DNA of 64,000 nucleotides from an uncultured Candidatus Binatia bacterium (GCA_964291295.2 OZ219754.1:576001-640000), one strand, 5' to 3'; counted from the first letter of the stretch, positions 10,298-20,756 are shown. The notes: generated from the sequence alone by a model not told the origin. Made by a program: numbers and translations.

Positions 10298-10750
10298 CTA
10301 ACTCGCCGCGAGTTCCTTCTTGATGTTGTCGATGAACCGGTTGAGCATCTGGTCGGCTTTCTTGCGGATGATGGGTTGGCCGAACTCGCCGATCTTGCCC
10401 AGGATGTTGACGTCCGTCGCCACCGTGAGCTCGGTCTCCCGGGCGCTCAGTTCCTTGAGTTCCATGGTGGACTTGCCGCGCATGGCGCCGGCGACCCGCC
10501 GATCCTCGGCCTCGGCCCGGAGCGCTGCGCGCCAGGCATCCTGGTTCTTTTCTTCCAGGACGATCCTGCCCTGGAGACTCAACGAGATGGGACCCACCCG
10601 GACCTTCAGGGTTCCCTGGTAGGTCTCATCATCAAGCTGCTCGACGCCCTCGACGCCCGGAAGACAGGTAGCGACCCTGGGAATGTCCATAAGCAGCTGC
10701 CACAAGGGCTCGCGGCCCGCGGGCACGGTCACGCTCTGGCTGAACTTCAC
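10298..10750 (-). CDS. CoxG/SRPBCC-family protein
   Basis: W..LMDIPRVATCLPG, KVRVGPI, GKIGEFGQPIIRKKAD; follows coxM-like gene. Confidence 0.85.
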   Translation of the reverse strand: MKFSQSVTVPAGREPLWQLLMDIPRVATCLPGVEGVEQLDDETYQGTLKVRVGPISLSLQGRIVLEEKNQDAWRAALRAEAEDRRVAGAMRGKSTMELKELSARETELTVATDVNILGKIGEFGQPIIRKKADQMLNRFIDNIKKELAAS

Positions 10751-10761
10751 GCGTTCCTCCC

Positions 10762-11628
10762 TCAACTCGCGTTGGCGATGGCCTGCTCGAGCGCCCGCCG
10801 GACGAACACCGCGGCCATCTGTGTCTTGTAGGATCCCGAGCCGCGGAAATCGCTGACCGGGTCGGTGTGCCCCTTGGCCTGCTCCCCGGCTTCGCGAAGC
10901 CCCTCGGGCGTCACCGGCTGCCCCCTGAGCACATCCTCGGAAGCGGTGGCGCGGACGGGTGTGGTGTTGACGCTGCCCATGGCGATGCGAACATCCCGGA
11001 TGGTGGTCCTGGCGGCGTCAAGGGTGACCACCGCGGCCGCACTGACGGTGGCGTAGTCGTCGGCCGAGCGCGGCAGGAACTTGAGATAGGCCGCACCGCT
11101 GTTGGCGGCCATCAACGGCACGCTCACGCCGGTGACGATCTCTTCCGGCTCCAGCACGGTCTCATAGTAGTCGCTGAAGAAATCCTCGGCCGCCACCGAA
11201 CGCGTACCGGCGGCGGAGCCGATCTCGAAGCGGGCGCCCAAGGCAATCAGGGACGGCGGCGGATCCTGGTTGGGATCGGCGTGGGCCAACCCGCCCCCCA
11301 CCGTGGCCATGGTTCGCACGCGCTGCGTGGCCACGTGGTGGTAGGTCGCCCCCAGCACCGGCAGCTTCTCCTGGACCAGCGCGGACGCGTCCAGCGCCGC
11401 GTGGGTCACGAGGCCGCCGATGTGCACACTGCCGTTGTGCTCCGACACTTCGCTCAGCCCCGTCACGTTCCGCAGGCTGATGACGCAGTCCGGCTGCAGG
11501 AGCTGCTGCTTGATCATGATGACCAGCGCCGTGCCGCCGGCGATGAGCTTGCCGTCGGAGCCGAGCTCCCTGAGGTCGGCGTACGCCTCTTCGAGGCTTT
11601 CGGGAGTCCGGTAGTCGAAAGCGATCAT
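10762..11628 (-). CDS. xanthine/CO dehydrogenase family FAD-binding (medium) subunit, CoxM-like
   Basis: FDYRTPESLEEA, LIAGGTAL, VRTMATVGGGLAHADP, SDFRGSGSYK. Confidence 0.92.
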   Translation of the reverse strand: MIAFDYRTPESLEEAYADLRELGSDGKLIAGGTALVIMIKQQLLQPDCVISLRNVTGLSEVSEHNGSVHIGGLVTHAALDASALVQEKLPVLGATYHHVATQRVRTMATVGGGLAHADPNQDPPPSLIALGARFEIGSAAGTRSVAAEDFFSDYYETVLEPEEIVTGVSVPLMAANSGAAYLKFLPRSADDYATVSAAAVVTLDAARTTIRDVRIAMGSVNTTPVRATASEDVLRGQPVTPEGLREAGEQAKGHTDPVSDFRGSGSYKTQMAAVFVRRALEQAIANAS

Positions 11629-12119
11629 TCCTCAACCCCCTGCCGGGTGAACTCGTGCGCCTTCTCGATGGACTCGATGATCTTGTAGTAGCCGGTGCAG
11701 CGGCACAGATTGCCCATCATCCAGTCCTTGATCTCTTCCTCGTCGGGCCTGGGGTTGCGGTCCAGCAACGCCTTGGCCGCCACCACCTGGCCGGGGGTGC
11801 AGATGCCGCACTGGAAGCCGCCGTAGCGGATGAAGCTCTGCTGCACCGGGTGAAGCTCGCCGCCCTCGGCCAGCCCCTCGACCGTTGTCACATCGCGGCC
11901 GTCGGCGAACACCGCCAGGGCCAGACAGGAACTCACCATCTCGCCGTCGAGGAGTACCGTGCAGGCGCCGCACACCCCCACGCTGCAGCCTTCCTTGGTG
12001 CCCGTCAGGCCCAGATCGTACCGGAGCACGTCCACCAAAAGCCGGTTGGCGGGCACCTCCATCTCGTGCTCCGTCCCGTTGACGCGAAATTTGATCTGAA
12101 ACTTGGTCTTCTTGTCCAT
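11625..12119 (-). CDS. xanthine/CO dehydrogenase family 2Fe-2S (small) subunit, CoxS-like
   Basis: GTKEGCSVGVCGACTV, QCGICTPG, GNLCRCTGY. Confidence 0.95.
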   Translation of the reverse strand: MDKKTKFQIKFRVNGTEHEMEVPANRLLVDVLRYDLGLTGTKEGCSVGVCGACTVLLDGEMVSSCLALAVFADGRDVTTVEGLAEGGELHPVQQSFIRYGGFQCGICTPGQVVAAKALLDRNPRPDEEEIKDWMMGNLCRCTGYYKIIESIEKAHEFTRQGVEE

Positions 12120-12218
12120 GAAAAACCGTCTCCGATGGTGAGAGCCGTTGCTTGGCTTGGCGAGGTCCGTGCAGGCGCCCGGACGACGCCCTGTTTATAG
12201 GAAGAATCCGGTGGCCGG

Positions 12219-12839
12219 TCAACCCCCGACGGGCGGTGCCGGGCGGCCGTGCGGGACCGCCTCCACCGGCTTGCCCATGAAGCTGCCGATGCGCTCCGCG
12301 AGCTCGCCGAGCCGCTTTTCGCCGCCGCGGTCGAGCAGCACCGACCGCGATCCGGAAAGGACCAGGCGGAGGGATCGGGCGGGGAAAGATTTTCGGCCCG
12401 CCGTGGAACCGGCCACGGCGAAGCCGCTGTACACCTGGTCGTCGGCCACCCTCAGGGCGCGCACCTCCTCGAACCCGAGCGTCAACCGGCGCCGCCGGAA
12501 CAGGCTCGTGCGGGACATCTGCACCCGGCCGGTTCCGCGGTCGATCCGTATCACCCGCTTGAGGGTAAGCAGGAACGCCGCCACCGCGAACAACACCCCG
12601 TTCATGGCCGGAAAATACCACAGATTGCCCACCGCGCTGCCGAGTCCATGAATGCGGATGGCCAGAAAGACCGGAACGGAGAGCAGCAGCAGCAAGGAGG
12701 CGATGCCGAGACACAGGAGCGCGGGGAAGCGCCCGCCGCGCCACACCAGGCGGATCTCGTCGGCGCCCGAAGGTGCCGGGCGGAATCCGAGGCGGTTGCC
12801 GATGGATTCGAAGTGTCGCGGATCCCCTGTCATTGACAC
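12219..12839 (-). CDS. hypothetical membrane protein (two TM segments plus soluble domain)
   Basis: 206-aa ORF with two hydrophobic stretches, co-oriented with neighbours. Confidence 0.6.
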   Translation of the reverse strand: MSMTGDPRHFESIGNRLGFRPAPSGADEIRLVWRGGRFPALLCLGIASLLLLLSVPVFLAIRIHGLGSAVGNLWYFPAMNGVLFAVAAFLLTLKRVIRIDRGTGRVQMSRTSLFRRRRLTLGFEEVRALRVADDQVYSGFAVAGSTAGRKSFPARSLRLVLSGSRSVLLDRGGEKRLGELAERIGSFMGKPVEAVPHGRPAPPVGG

Positions 12840-12864
12840 CGACCGCGCGGTGGAGCCGTCGCGG

Positions 12865-13041
12865 CTATTTCTCCGGCTTGACTCCGTGCCTGCGCAGTTC
12901 CCGATCGGAGCGGTCGCGTAGGTCCCGTCGGGTTCCCCGGGCCTGGGCGCGAATCGTCTCGGTGCAAGGCTGGCAGATACCGCCGCTCAGGGCGGCGACC
13001 TTCGCACACACCATGCAGCGTTGGCGCGGCCGGTTCTCCAT
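12865..13041 (-). CDS. small hypothetical protein with CxxC...CxxC (possible zinc ribbon)
   Basis: MENRPRQRCMVCAKVAALSGGICQPCTETIR... followed by a basic helix. Confidence 0.55.
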   Translation of the reverse strand: MENRPRQRCMVCAKVAALSGGICQPCTETIRAQARGTRRDLRDRSDRELRRHGVKPEK

Positions 13042-13087
13042 GAGCGCGGAGCTTAACCGAAAACATCCGGCGATCCAACAAGACATG

Positions 13088-13579
13088 TCATGGAAGGGCC
13101 TTGATCTGCGCCGGGCTCTCCAGCACCATCTGCAACCCGTACTTGGGGTGGTCCCTGATCCTGCCGGTCAGCTCGACCTCCAGACCCTGGAACTGTTCCG
13201 GGTGGACGTTCCCGCGCAGGAAACCTTCCACGCTGGACGAGAAGATGACCGCGGTGAACGCGGCTCGGGAGGGGCCGAAGTCCAGGAACCAGGTATTGCT
13301 CCTGGACGAGTGCCCCACGCGGTGGACCCGGCCCCGTATCCGCGCCAGCACACCGTCCAGCGCCTGAAGCCGCTCCACTTCCATCACGTCCACCACCGGC
13401 GGTTCGGCGACAGCGGATGAACCGGCGGCGGAGGGCGGCGCTTCGGCCGGAACCTCCGCGCACCGGCATGGCCCGCTCCAACGCCCGTACACGAGATGGA
13501 CGAGGAAACCGGAAAGGAATGCTCCCAGCAGCAGCACCGCCGTTGGAACGGAGATCCGTCGCAAAAGTTCTGGCGCCAT
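13088..13579 (-). CDS. membrane-anchored OB-fold-like protein
   Basis: N-terminal TM, then RIRGRV...FLDFG...FTAVIF...GLEVELTGRI...LQMVLESPAQI, typical of nucleic-acid-binding OB modules. Confidence 0.6.
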   Translation of the reverse strand: MAPELLRRISVPTAVLLLGAFLSGFLVHLVYGRWSGPCRCAEVPAEAPPSAAGSSAVAEPPVVDVMEVERLQALDGVLARIRGRVHRVGHSSRSNTWFLDFGPSRAAFTAVIFSSSVEGFLRGNVHPEQFQGLEVELTGRIRDHPKYGLQMVLESPAQIKALP

Positions 13580-13649
13580 ACCCCGACTCCTTGCCCAAGA
13601 GAATCGGCAGAACCATCGGGTTCCTTAGGGAGGATCCGAACCACCCCGT

Positions 13650-13683
13650 GTTCGCCGGGGCCGCAACAACAGGTTGCGAGCAG
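13650..13683. repeat. copy 1 of bipartite intergenic motif GTTCGCCGGGGCCG-(N3/N12)-CAACAGGTTGCGAGCAG
   Basis: The 14-nt and 17-nt blocks recur exactly at 15142-15184. Confidence 0.8.
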
Positions 13684-13784
13684 ATCCAGGCCGCGACGCC
13701 GCCTTGTTCAGACGCCTTGTTCACACCGTCCCTGGCGTGGAGCCGGCGAGTCCGGCGCCTGGGAGTCATCGGCGCCCCGTCCGT

Positions 13785-15104
13785 TCACGGGCGGCACATC
13801 TCCAGGATCAGCCGTTCCATGACGGCCACGGGCTCATGGCCGGAGGACTTGAGGCGGGCATCGGCCTCCCGAACCAATCCCAGGAGGCTCTTGAGTTCGG
13901 CTGGGGTAAACCGCTCCGCCCGCTGCAATGTCAGGTAGTTGGCGTAGGGGCTCCGGGTGGGCAGACCTTGGGTGTCGGCCGGGACCCGTTGCTGAAACTC
14001 GCTGTAGGAGATGCGCCGGCGCCAGACCCCGGCCAGTTCATGGTCGAGAAGCTGGCGGGCGCTCAGGAGACGGCGGACCTGGCTGGCGATGGCGCCCAGC
14101 ACCCGCAACGGATACTCCCCGCTGGCCATGAGGCGCCGGAGAAAGCCCAGGGCTCGAAGCGCGTCCTTCTCTCCCAGCGAATCCGTCAGGTCGAACACCC
14201 AGCTCTCCGACTGGTCCGTGAAGATCTCCTCGACATCGGCGACGCCCACGGTGTCGGCGTCGCCTACGTAGAGCAGCAGTTTCTCGATCTCCTGGTGGAC
14301 GGCCCACAACTCGCTTCCGCAGCGGGACAACACGGCTTCCCGGGCCTGCGGATCGATGCGCTTGCGCGCGCGCCGGAGGCGCTGATCGAGAAAGGCGGCC
14401 AGGGACTCGCGGCGGATGCGGCCACTCCGGTCACGTTCCACCGAAAGGTCGAGGACGCAGCCCTGGCGGCTCAACTGCCGGTAGACGCGCCCGCGCTTGT
14501 CCACCTGGGGCGCCAGCAGCAACAGGCGGCACCCGTCCGGCAGCCCCCGCTCCAGGAGATCCAGGATGCGGCCCGGTTCGTTGGCCCCGGTATTTCCGGG
14601 AGTCAGTTTCTGCTCGCGGCAGTATTGCCAGACGGACTGAAGCACCCGCGCATGGGTCCGGTAGTCCCTGAGGGCGCCCGCCAATGCCGACGCATCCTCC
14701 CCCGCGTCCAGCCACCGCTCCCGCGTCCACCCTTCCGACCGCAGCAACGCCATGAAGACGCGCGCGCCGTCGTCGCGCCGGCCCTCCTCCCAGAGACTCA
14801 GACACTTGTCCAGCAAATCGCCCTTGCGCTCGGCGGGAGCGAACCAGGGAACGTTCTCCACCACCACGGTGCGGGCCGGGACGAACAGGGACCGCGTCAT
14901 TAGGGCGGCCTCCACCTCGCCCCACGCGGCCGCGCGGCCGTCGAAGGCCGCGATGCCAAGGCCGCGGTCGGAATCGGGCGCCAGGACACCCAGAATGGCG
15001 CGACTCGCCCCGCGGACGCGGAACCCGTCGCCGTGGAGCAGGATGAGCGCCGGTCCCTTGCCTTCGCGCAGGCTCCCAAGCAGCGTTTCCAGGTCTTGCG
15101 CCAT
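13785..15104 (-). CDS. holA: DNA polymerase III subunit delta
   Basis: LILLHGDGF, VDKRGRVYR, QEIEKLLLYVG, VFDLTDSLG, EADARLKSSG..LERLIL-type C-terminus. Confidence 0.85.
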   Translation of the reverse strand: MAQDLETLLGSLREGKGPALILLHGDGFRVRGASRAILGVLAPDSDRGLGIAAFDGRAAAWGEVEAALMTRSLFVPARTVVVENVPWFAPAERKGDLLDKCLSLWEEGRRDDGARVFMALLRSEGWTRERWLDAGEDASALAGALRDYRTHARVLQSVWQYCREQKLTPGNTGANEPGRILDLLERGLPDGCRLLLLAPQVDKRGRVYRQLSRQGCVLDLSVERDRSGRIRRESLAAFLDQRLRRARKRIDPQAREAVLSRCGSELWAVHQEIEKLLLYVGDADTVGVADVEEIFTDQSESWVFDLTDSLGEKDALRALGFLRRLMASGEYPLRVLGAIASQVRRLLSARQLLDHELAGVWRRRISYSEFQQRVPADTQGLPTRSPYANYLTLQRAERFTPAELKSLLGLVREADARLKSSGHEPVAVMERLILEMCRP

Positions 15105-15141
15105 CCGTCCGCACCGTCAAGAAAGGTCTGAAAAGCCTTGA

Positions 15142-15184
15142 GTTCGCCGGGGCCGAATCAATGGAATCAACAGGTTGCGAGCAG
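15142..15184. promoter_or_regulatory. copy 2 of the bipartite motif, containing an IHF-consensus match (AATCAACAGGTTG, 15165-15177)
   Basis: Matches WATCAANNNNTTR; upstream of holA. Confidence 0.5.
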
Positions 15185-15230
15185 TTGACTATTGCGCCCG
15201 CACCCGGATCAGACTTTCGTCAACGCGCGG

Positions 15231-15254
15231 TGGGTGTCAACGTTTTGACACCCA
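15231..15254. terminator. perfect 10-bp hairpin over the stop of the small upstream ORF
   Basis: tgggtgtcaa-cgtt-ttgacaccca; no clear U-tract. Confidence 0.35.
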
Positions 15255-15464
15255 CATCTGGCTCTTTTCACTCCAGGCGTAGTCCGATTTCCAGATCTTG
15301 AGGCCCACCGTGAAGTCGCCGCCCGATCGCGTGACAAAGACCTTCTGGGTCGAGTGGGGGACGTCCGCCCTGGCCACCAGCATGACCTGCCTGCGCATGT
15401 CGCCCTTCACCAGGACACGGTCTCCCACCGCCATGGCGGTACGCTGTCCCTTGATCCTTCTCAT
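15237..15464 (-). CDS. small hypothetical protein (75 aa)
   Basis: Protein-like C-terminal part of ORF 15237..15818 from ATG 15464 (MRRIKGQRTAMAVGDRVLVKG...). Confidence 0.5.
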   Translation of the reverse strand: MRRIKGQRTAMAVGDRVLVKGDMRRQVMLVARADVPHSTQKVFVTRSGGDFTVGLKIWKSDYAWSEKSQMWVSKR

Positions 15465-15845
15465 GCCCGAGAAGTTACCATCACCCACCCGGCCGCGCAA
15501 TTTCACGGCGCCGCGACCCGGGCACGACGGCAGGCAGGAGCAGCTTTCTTGTCGGCATGGTGAAGAAGGCCCGCACCGCCGCTGGTTCCGCCGCAAGCCA
15601 AACTCGGCGATAGCCATGCGCTGCCCGGCGGCAGCGGCCTGACACCGACGCTGGAAATCGGCGCGCGCCGCGATGGCCGCCACGCCGCCAGCCAAGGAGT
15701 GCATCCGGAACGGGAACCGGCTTCGAGGGCGGCTCCCGTACCCCGGGCATGATTCTCGGCGCGCGCGCCCTGCTCCACGGAAATCCCGACCCGCCGGACC
15801 ACGACATCGGGGCCGCACTCCACCAGGACCGCACTGGACGTCAGG

Positions 15846-15874
15846 TTGACAACGTTACGGTGCTTCTCTATGAG
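15846..15874 (+). promoter_or_regulatory. putative sigma70 promoter for the FAH-thiSGE genes
   Basis: TTGACA-17 bp-TATGAG. Confidence 0.4.
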
Positions 15875-15971
15875 GAGAGGAGTTTTCCCCGAACACCTGT
15901 ACCCATGACGCCGGAAGCGCGGAGTGACGCCGTGCGGAGGAATTCAACGGAAGCGGAGAGGGGGTTTGCCG

Positions 15972-16919
15972 ATGCGCTTCGTCACGTACAGTCTTCGCAG
16001 CAAGACCCGCCTCGGGATGATGATCGAGGATGACCAGATCATCGATCTCCGGGAGGTCAGCAGGCGCTATCTGCCCGGAAGCACGGCCTCCTACCTGGAC
16101 GGCATGCAGCCGTTCATCGAGGCGGGCGCCAAGGCGGTCAACACGGCAAGGAAGGCGGCCCGATACGTCGCGGGACTGGATTCCAAGGGCATCCGGAGAC
16201 TGGCGCAGGCGGACATGCTGGTGAAACGCAACCGTGTCCGGCTGCTGGCGCCGATTCCCGTGCCGCGCAAGAACGTGGTCTGTCTGGGAGTCAACTACCA
16301 GGAGCACATCGACGAGGGTGTGCGCGCCCGAGGCGTGCAACTCGACACGCCCGAGGTGCCGGTGTTCTTCACCAAACCGGCCACCGCGATCATCGGCGAC
16401 CAGGGTCGGCTCCTGGCCCATTCGGCCACCAGCAAAATCGACTGGGAGGTGGAGTTGGCAGTGGTCATCGGGCGGAAGGGACGCAACATCCCCCGGGCCA
16501 AGGCCAACGACTACATCTTCGGCTACACCATCTGTCTGGACATGACCGCCCGCGATCTGCAGCGCCGCCACCTTCAGTGGTGGAAGGGCAAGTCCCTGGA
16601 CACCTTCTGCCCTTTGGGGCCCGGCATCGTGCACAAGAGCGCCATGCCCGACCCGGGGAATGTAAGGCTTCAGTGCCGCGTCAATGGCGAGACCATGCAG
16701 GACGGCAACACCCGGGACATGATCTTCGATGTTCCCGCGACCATCGAACACCTGTCCGATGGTCTGACCCTGGAGCCTGGCGACATCATCAGCACCGGGA
16801 CACCCTCGGGCGTCGGTTTCGCCCGGACGCCGCCCATCTTCCTCAATGTCGGAGACAAGGTGGAAGGCGAGGTCGAGGGGATCGGCGTGCTGGAGATAAA
16901 GATCGCCGCGGCGCGCTAG
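15972..16919 (+). CDS. fumarylacetoacetate hydrolase family protein
   Basis: VCLGVNYQEH, FFTKP, DWEVELAVVIG, GKSLDTFCPLGP, LEPGDIISTGTPSGVG. Confidence 0.95.
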   Translation: MRFVTYSLRSKTRLGMMIEDDQIIDLREVSRRYLPGSTASYLDGMQPFIEAGAKAVNTARKAARYVAGLDSKGIRRLAQADMLVKRNRVRLLAPIPVPRKNVVCLGVNYQEHIDEGVRARGVQLDTPEVPVFFTKPATAIIGDQGRLLAHSATSKIDWEVELAVVIGRKGRNIPRAKANDYIFGYTICLDMTARDLQRRHLQWWKGKSLDTFCPLGPGIVHKSAMPDPGNVRLQCRVNGETMQDGNTRDMIFDVPATIEHLSDGLTLEPGDIISTGTPSGVGFARTPPIFLNVGDKVEGEVEGIGVLEIKIAAAR

Positions 16920-16953
16920 TGTCGCGGCGCGTATCCTGCAGGCTCCGGCCAGG

Positions 16954-17163
16954 GTGTCCGCTGTGGTCATTCGAATCAACGGCAAGGACAGCGAAGTGGC
17001 GCCGGACATCAGCGTCGCACGACTGCTGGAGGATCTGGAGGTTCGGCCCGGCCGCGTGGTGGTGGAGTTGAACGCCGAGGTGGTGGCCCGGGACGCGCAC
17101 CAGGCCACGCGGCTGAAGGAAGGCGACGAGGTGGAGATCGTTCACTTCGTCGGCGGCGGATAG
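16954..17163 (+). CDS. thiS: sulfur carrier protein ThiS
   Basis: IRING...[16 protein letters not shown]; upstream of thiG. Confidence 0.95.
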   Translation: MSAVVIRINGKDSEVAPDISVARLLEDLEVRPGRVVVELNAEVVARDAHQATRLKEGDEVEIVHFVGGG

Positions 17164-17167
17164 CGCC

Positions 17168-17977
<810 letters not shown>

Positions 17978-18014
17978 GCGCGGGCGGGAGGCCGCCGTCG
18001 GGGAAACGCAGACC

Positions 18015-18641
18015 TTGAGTGCCATCGAGTTCGACCTGTATCTGGTCACCGACCGCAACCGCACCGCGGGGCGCTCTCTCCCGTGGGTGCTGGAGCAGGC
18101 CCTGGAGGCGGGCGTCCGGGCCGTGCAGCTCCGGGAGAAGGATCTGGGGGGAGCGGCGTTGCTCGAACTGGCCGGCCGCGTGAAGCGGTTGTGCGACCGC
18201 CACGGCGCCGCACTCTTCATCAACGACCGCGTGGACGTAGCCTTGGCCGCGGGCGCCGCCGGCGTGCATCTGGCGTCCCGTTCGATGCCGGTGGAGGTGG
18301 CCCGCGCACTTCTCGGCCCGGACCGGCGGATCGGCGTCTCCACCCATTCCGCGGAGGAGGTTCTCGCCGCCGCCGAGGCAGGCGCCGACTTCGTGCTGTT
18401 CGGACCGATCTACCCCACTTCTTCAAAGCTCCCCTTGGGAGCCCCGCAAGGCCCGGCCGCCCTCAAGGCCGTCACCGGCGCCGCGTCCATACCGGTCTTC
18501 GCCATCGGCGGCATCAAGCCGCGTCACCTGCCGGAGATCAAGGCCCACGGCACCGCCAGCGTCGCCATCATCTCCGCCATCTCCGAAGCATCCGACCCCA
18601 GGGCCGCGGCCCGGGACATGCTGGCGGCGCTGCGGGCCTGA
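18015..18641 (+). CDS. thiE: thiamine-phosphate synthase
   Basis: LYLVTDR, VQLREK, INDRVDVA, GVHL, GVSTHS, FAIGGI. Confidence 0.92.
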   Translation: MSAIEFDLYLVTDRNRTAGRSLPWVLEQALEAGVRAVQLREKDLGGAALLELAGRVKRLCDRHGAALFINDRVDVALAAGAAGVHLASRSMPVEVARALLGPDRRIGVSTHSAEEVLAAAEAGADFVLFGPIYPTSSKLPLGAPQGPAALKAVTGAASIPVFAIGGIKPRHLPEIKAHGTASVAIISAISEASDPRAAARDMLAALRA

Positions 18642-18751
18642 GCCGGTGCGGTGGAACCGAGGCGGCGCGGACGCAACGCCGCGCCAGCGTCCAGATTCCC
18701 GCGCCCGCGCCTGGGCGGTCATTTCCGGGAATGCGGCAATCCGGGCGGGAC

Positions 18752-18811
18752 AGGATGCGTCGGAACGGAATGCGTCAGGGCCAAATGCGTCGGAGCGGAA
18801 TGCGGTTGTTG
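18752..18811. repeat. four degenerate 15-bp tandem repeats (core ATGCG)
   Basis: aggatgcgtcggaac/ggaatgcgtcagggc/caaatgcgtcggagc/ggaatgcggttgttg. Confidence 0.6.
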
Positions 18812-18875
18812 CCGAACCACGTTTGAGTGTCATCCGCCGCTTGCGTTATGGTTGCAGCCCGGAAGGAGACCCGCC

Positions 18876-19583
18876 ATGCGCGATTGGGAGAAGATCGTCC
18901 CCACCTACGACCGCCAAGTATATGAAAAGGCCGGATACAAGGGCAGGCAGGCCTTCGGGCGGCGGCCGGCGCTGCTGATCATCGACGTCATCATGGCCTT
19001 CACCGGGACGAAACCGATGGAGACCCTCGACGCCATCGACGAGTTCCGATCAAGCTGCGGCACAGCCGCGTGGCAGGCGCTGCCGCACATCCGGAAGCTG
19101 CTGGTGGCGTGCCGCAGGAACAAGGTGCCGGTGATCTACTCCACCAGCGACCCCGAGTTCAAGGCGGTCTTCGGCAACGCCACCAAGCGGGCCGCGGAGC
19201 CCACCACCGCCGGCGGCACGGCCATGGAGTTCCCGCAGGCGATCCGCCCCCGAAAGGACGAGTACGTGGTGCGCAAGGCCCGCGCCAGCGCGTTCTTCGG
19301 CACCCACCTGATCACCTGGCTGACGCGCCGGAACGTGGACTCGCTGATCGTTACCGGCGCCTCCACCTCCGGCTGCGTCCGCTCCACGGTCATCGACGGT
19401 TATTCCTACGGCTTCCCCGTGTTCGTGGTGGAGGAGGGCACCTTCGATCGCTCGCAGTTCTCGCACCTGGTGAACCTCTACGAGATGAACAGCCGGTACG
19501 CGACCGTGGTGACCCGTGCGGAGGCGCTGGCGCACGTGGAGTCGCTGCGGGTCGTCCCGAAGCTCCGGGCGGCGCAGCGGTAG
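18876..19583 (+). CDS. isochorismatase-family cysteine hydrolase (N-carbamoylsarcosine/maleamate amidase-like)
   Basis: RBS GGAG; GRRPALLIID, RKARASAFFGT, GASTSGCVRSTVID. Confidence 0.9.
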   Translation: MRDWEKIVPTYDRQVYEKAGYKGRQAFGRRPALLIIDVIMAFTGTKPMETLDAIDEFRSSCGTAAWQALPHIRKLLVACRRNKVPVIYSTSDPEFKAVFGNATKRAAEPTTAGGTAMEFPQAIRPRKDEYVVRKARASAFFGTHLITWLTRRNVDSLIVTGASTSGCVRSTVIDGYSYGFPVFVVEEGTFDRSQFSHLVNLYEMNSRYATVVTRAEALAHVESLRVVPKLRAAQR

Positions 19584-19727
19584 GAGGGCGAGAGAAGGGA
19601 TCGACGCCGGGAATCGGCGCTGAGCACCGCGGGCGCGCCTGACTGCGCGCGGCGAGCCGAGAATTTCAACAACGGACAATTGGCGGACAGGGTTCCATAC
19701 CGGGGAAGTTCAATACGGAGAAGTTCA

Positions 19728-20525
19728 ATGAGAGAACTCGGACTCAAGGACAAGGTGGTGTTGATTACCGGCGGCGGCGGCGTGCTCGGCACGGCCTTCT
19801 CGCAGGGCTTCGCCGATCACGGCGCGAAGCTGGCCATCAACGACCTCAAGGAAGAAAAGGCCCTCGAGTGCATCGGCAGGCTGACGGGCGAGGTGGAGGC
19901 GATTCCCGCCCCCTGCGACGTTTCCGATGACGCGGACGTGGCCCGCATGGTCCACGGCGTGGTGGAGCGGCTCGGCGGCATCGACGTGCTGGTCAACGCG
20001 GCCGCCGTGCAGGTCTACCCGCCCAAGAGCATCATCGACATGGAGCCCGGCGAATGGGACTTCGTGCTGGACATCTGCCTCAAGGCCGCCTATCTGTGCA
20101 CCCGCCACGCGGCGCCGGTGATGCGGCGGCGGGGCGGCGGGAAGATCGTCAACATCGCCTCCATCGCCGGTCACCGGGGCACCGCCGGCGGCTCCGCCTA
20201 CAGCGCCGCCAAGGGCGGCGTCGTCATGCTCACCCGGCAGATGGCCGTGGAACTCGGCCGCGACAACATCAATGTCAACTCCGTCAGCCCGGGCTTCACC
20301 CCCAACCGCCTCACCACCATCTACGAGTACGAAGCCATGGCCAAAGGTGCCCCTGAGGGTCCCGCGCCCGCACACGCCGCCGGCGAGTTCACGCCGCCCG
20401 CCCTGGGCCGCAAGGGCGAGGTCGAAGATTTCGTCGGCCCGGTGCTGTTCCTGGCTTCCCGATGGGCCGACTACATCACCGGCACGGACCTGCCGGTGGA
20501 GGGAGGGCGGATGGCGGCGCGGTGA
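19728..20525 (+). CDS. SDR family oxidoreductase
   Basis: ITGGGGVLG, YSAAKGG (YxxxK), VNSVSPG. Confidence 0.93.
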   Translation: MRELGLKDKVVLITGGGGVLGTAFSQGFADHGAKLAINDLKEEKALECIGRLTGEVEAIPAPCDVSDDADVARMVHGVVERLGGIDVLVNAAAVQVYPPKSIIDMEPGEWDFVLDICLKAAYLCTRHAAPVMRRRGGGKIVNIASIAGHRGTAGGSAYSAAKGGVVMLTRQMAVELGRDNINVNSVSPGFTPNRLTTIYEYEAMAKGAPEGPAPAHAAGEFTPPALGRKGEVEDFVGPVLFLASRWADYITGTDLPVEGGRMAAR

Positions 20526-20630
20526 CACGACCGCGGCCGGTGGGATGGAGGCGTGACGGGCGGCCATTGGCTTGCCCACACGCGCACCGGGCTGTTAGAT
20601 TGGAACTTTCCAATGGGCATTTTCCCCCTC

Positions 20631-20674
20631 GCGTAACCTTTGCGTATCACTTGCGTAACCCTTGCGTAACCCAT
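20631..20674. repeat. four 11-bp direct repeats (GCGTAACCCTT-like) immediately upstream of tRNA-Thr
   Basis: gcgtaaccttt/gcgtatcactt/gcgtaaccctt/gcgtaacccat. Confidence 0.75.
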
Positions 20675-20680
20675 TCCTCG

Positions 20681-20756
<76 letters not shown>

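Noticed and set aside
4081-10323. 2080-aa plus-strand ORF
   Set aside because: Antisense shadow of the adhesin gene; Arg/His/Pro-rich with no domain motifs.
10298-12119. Aerobic CO oxidation
   Set aside because: The diagnostic large subunit is absent, so the substrate cannot be assigned.
15470-16953. TPP riboswitch upstream of thiS-thiG-thiE
   Set aside because: No recognisable CTGAGA...CCTGA core by eye; an Rfam scan would be needed to exclude it.
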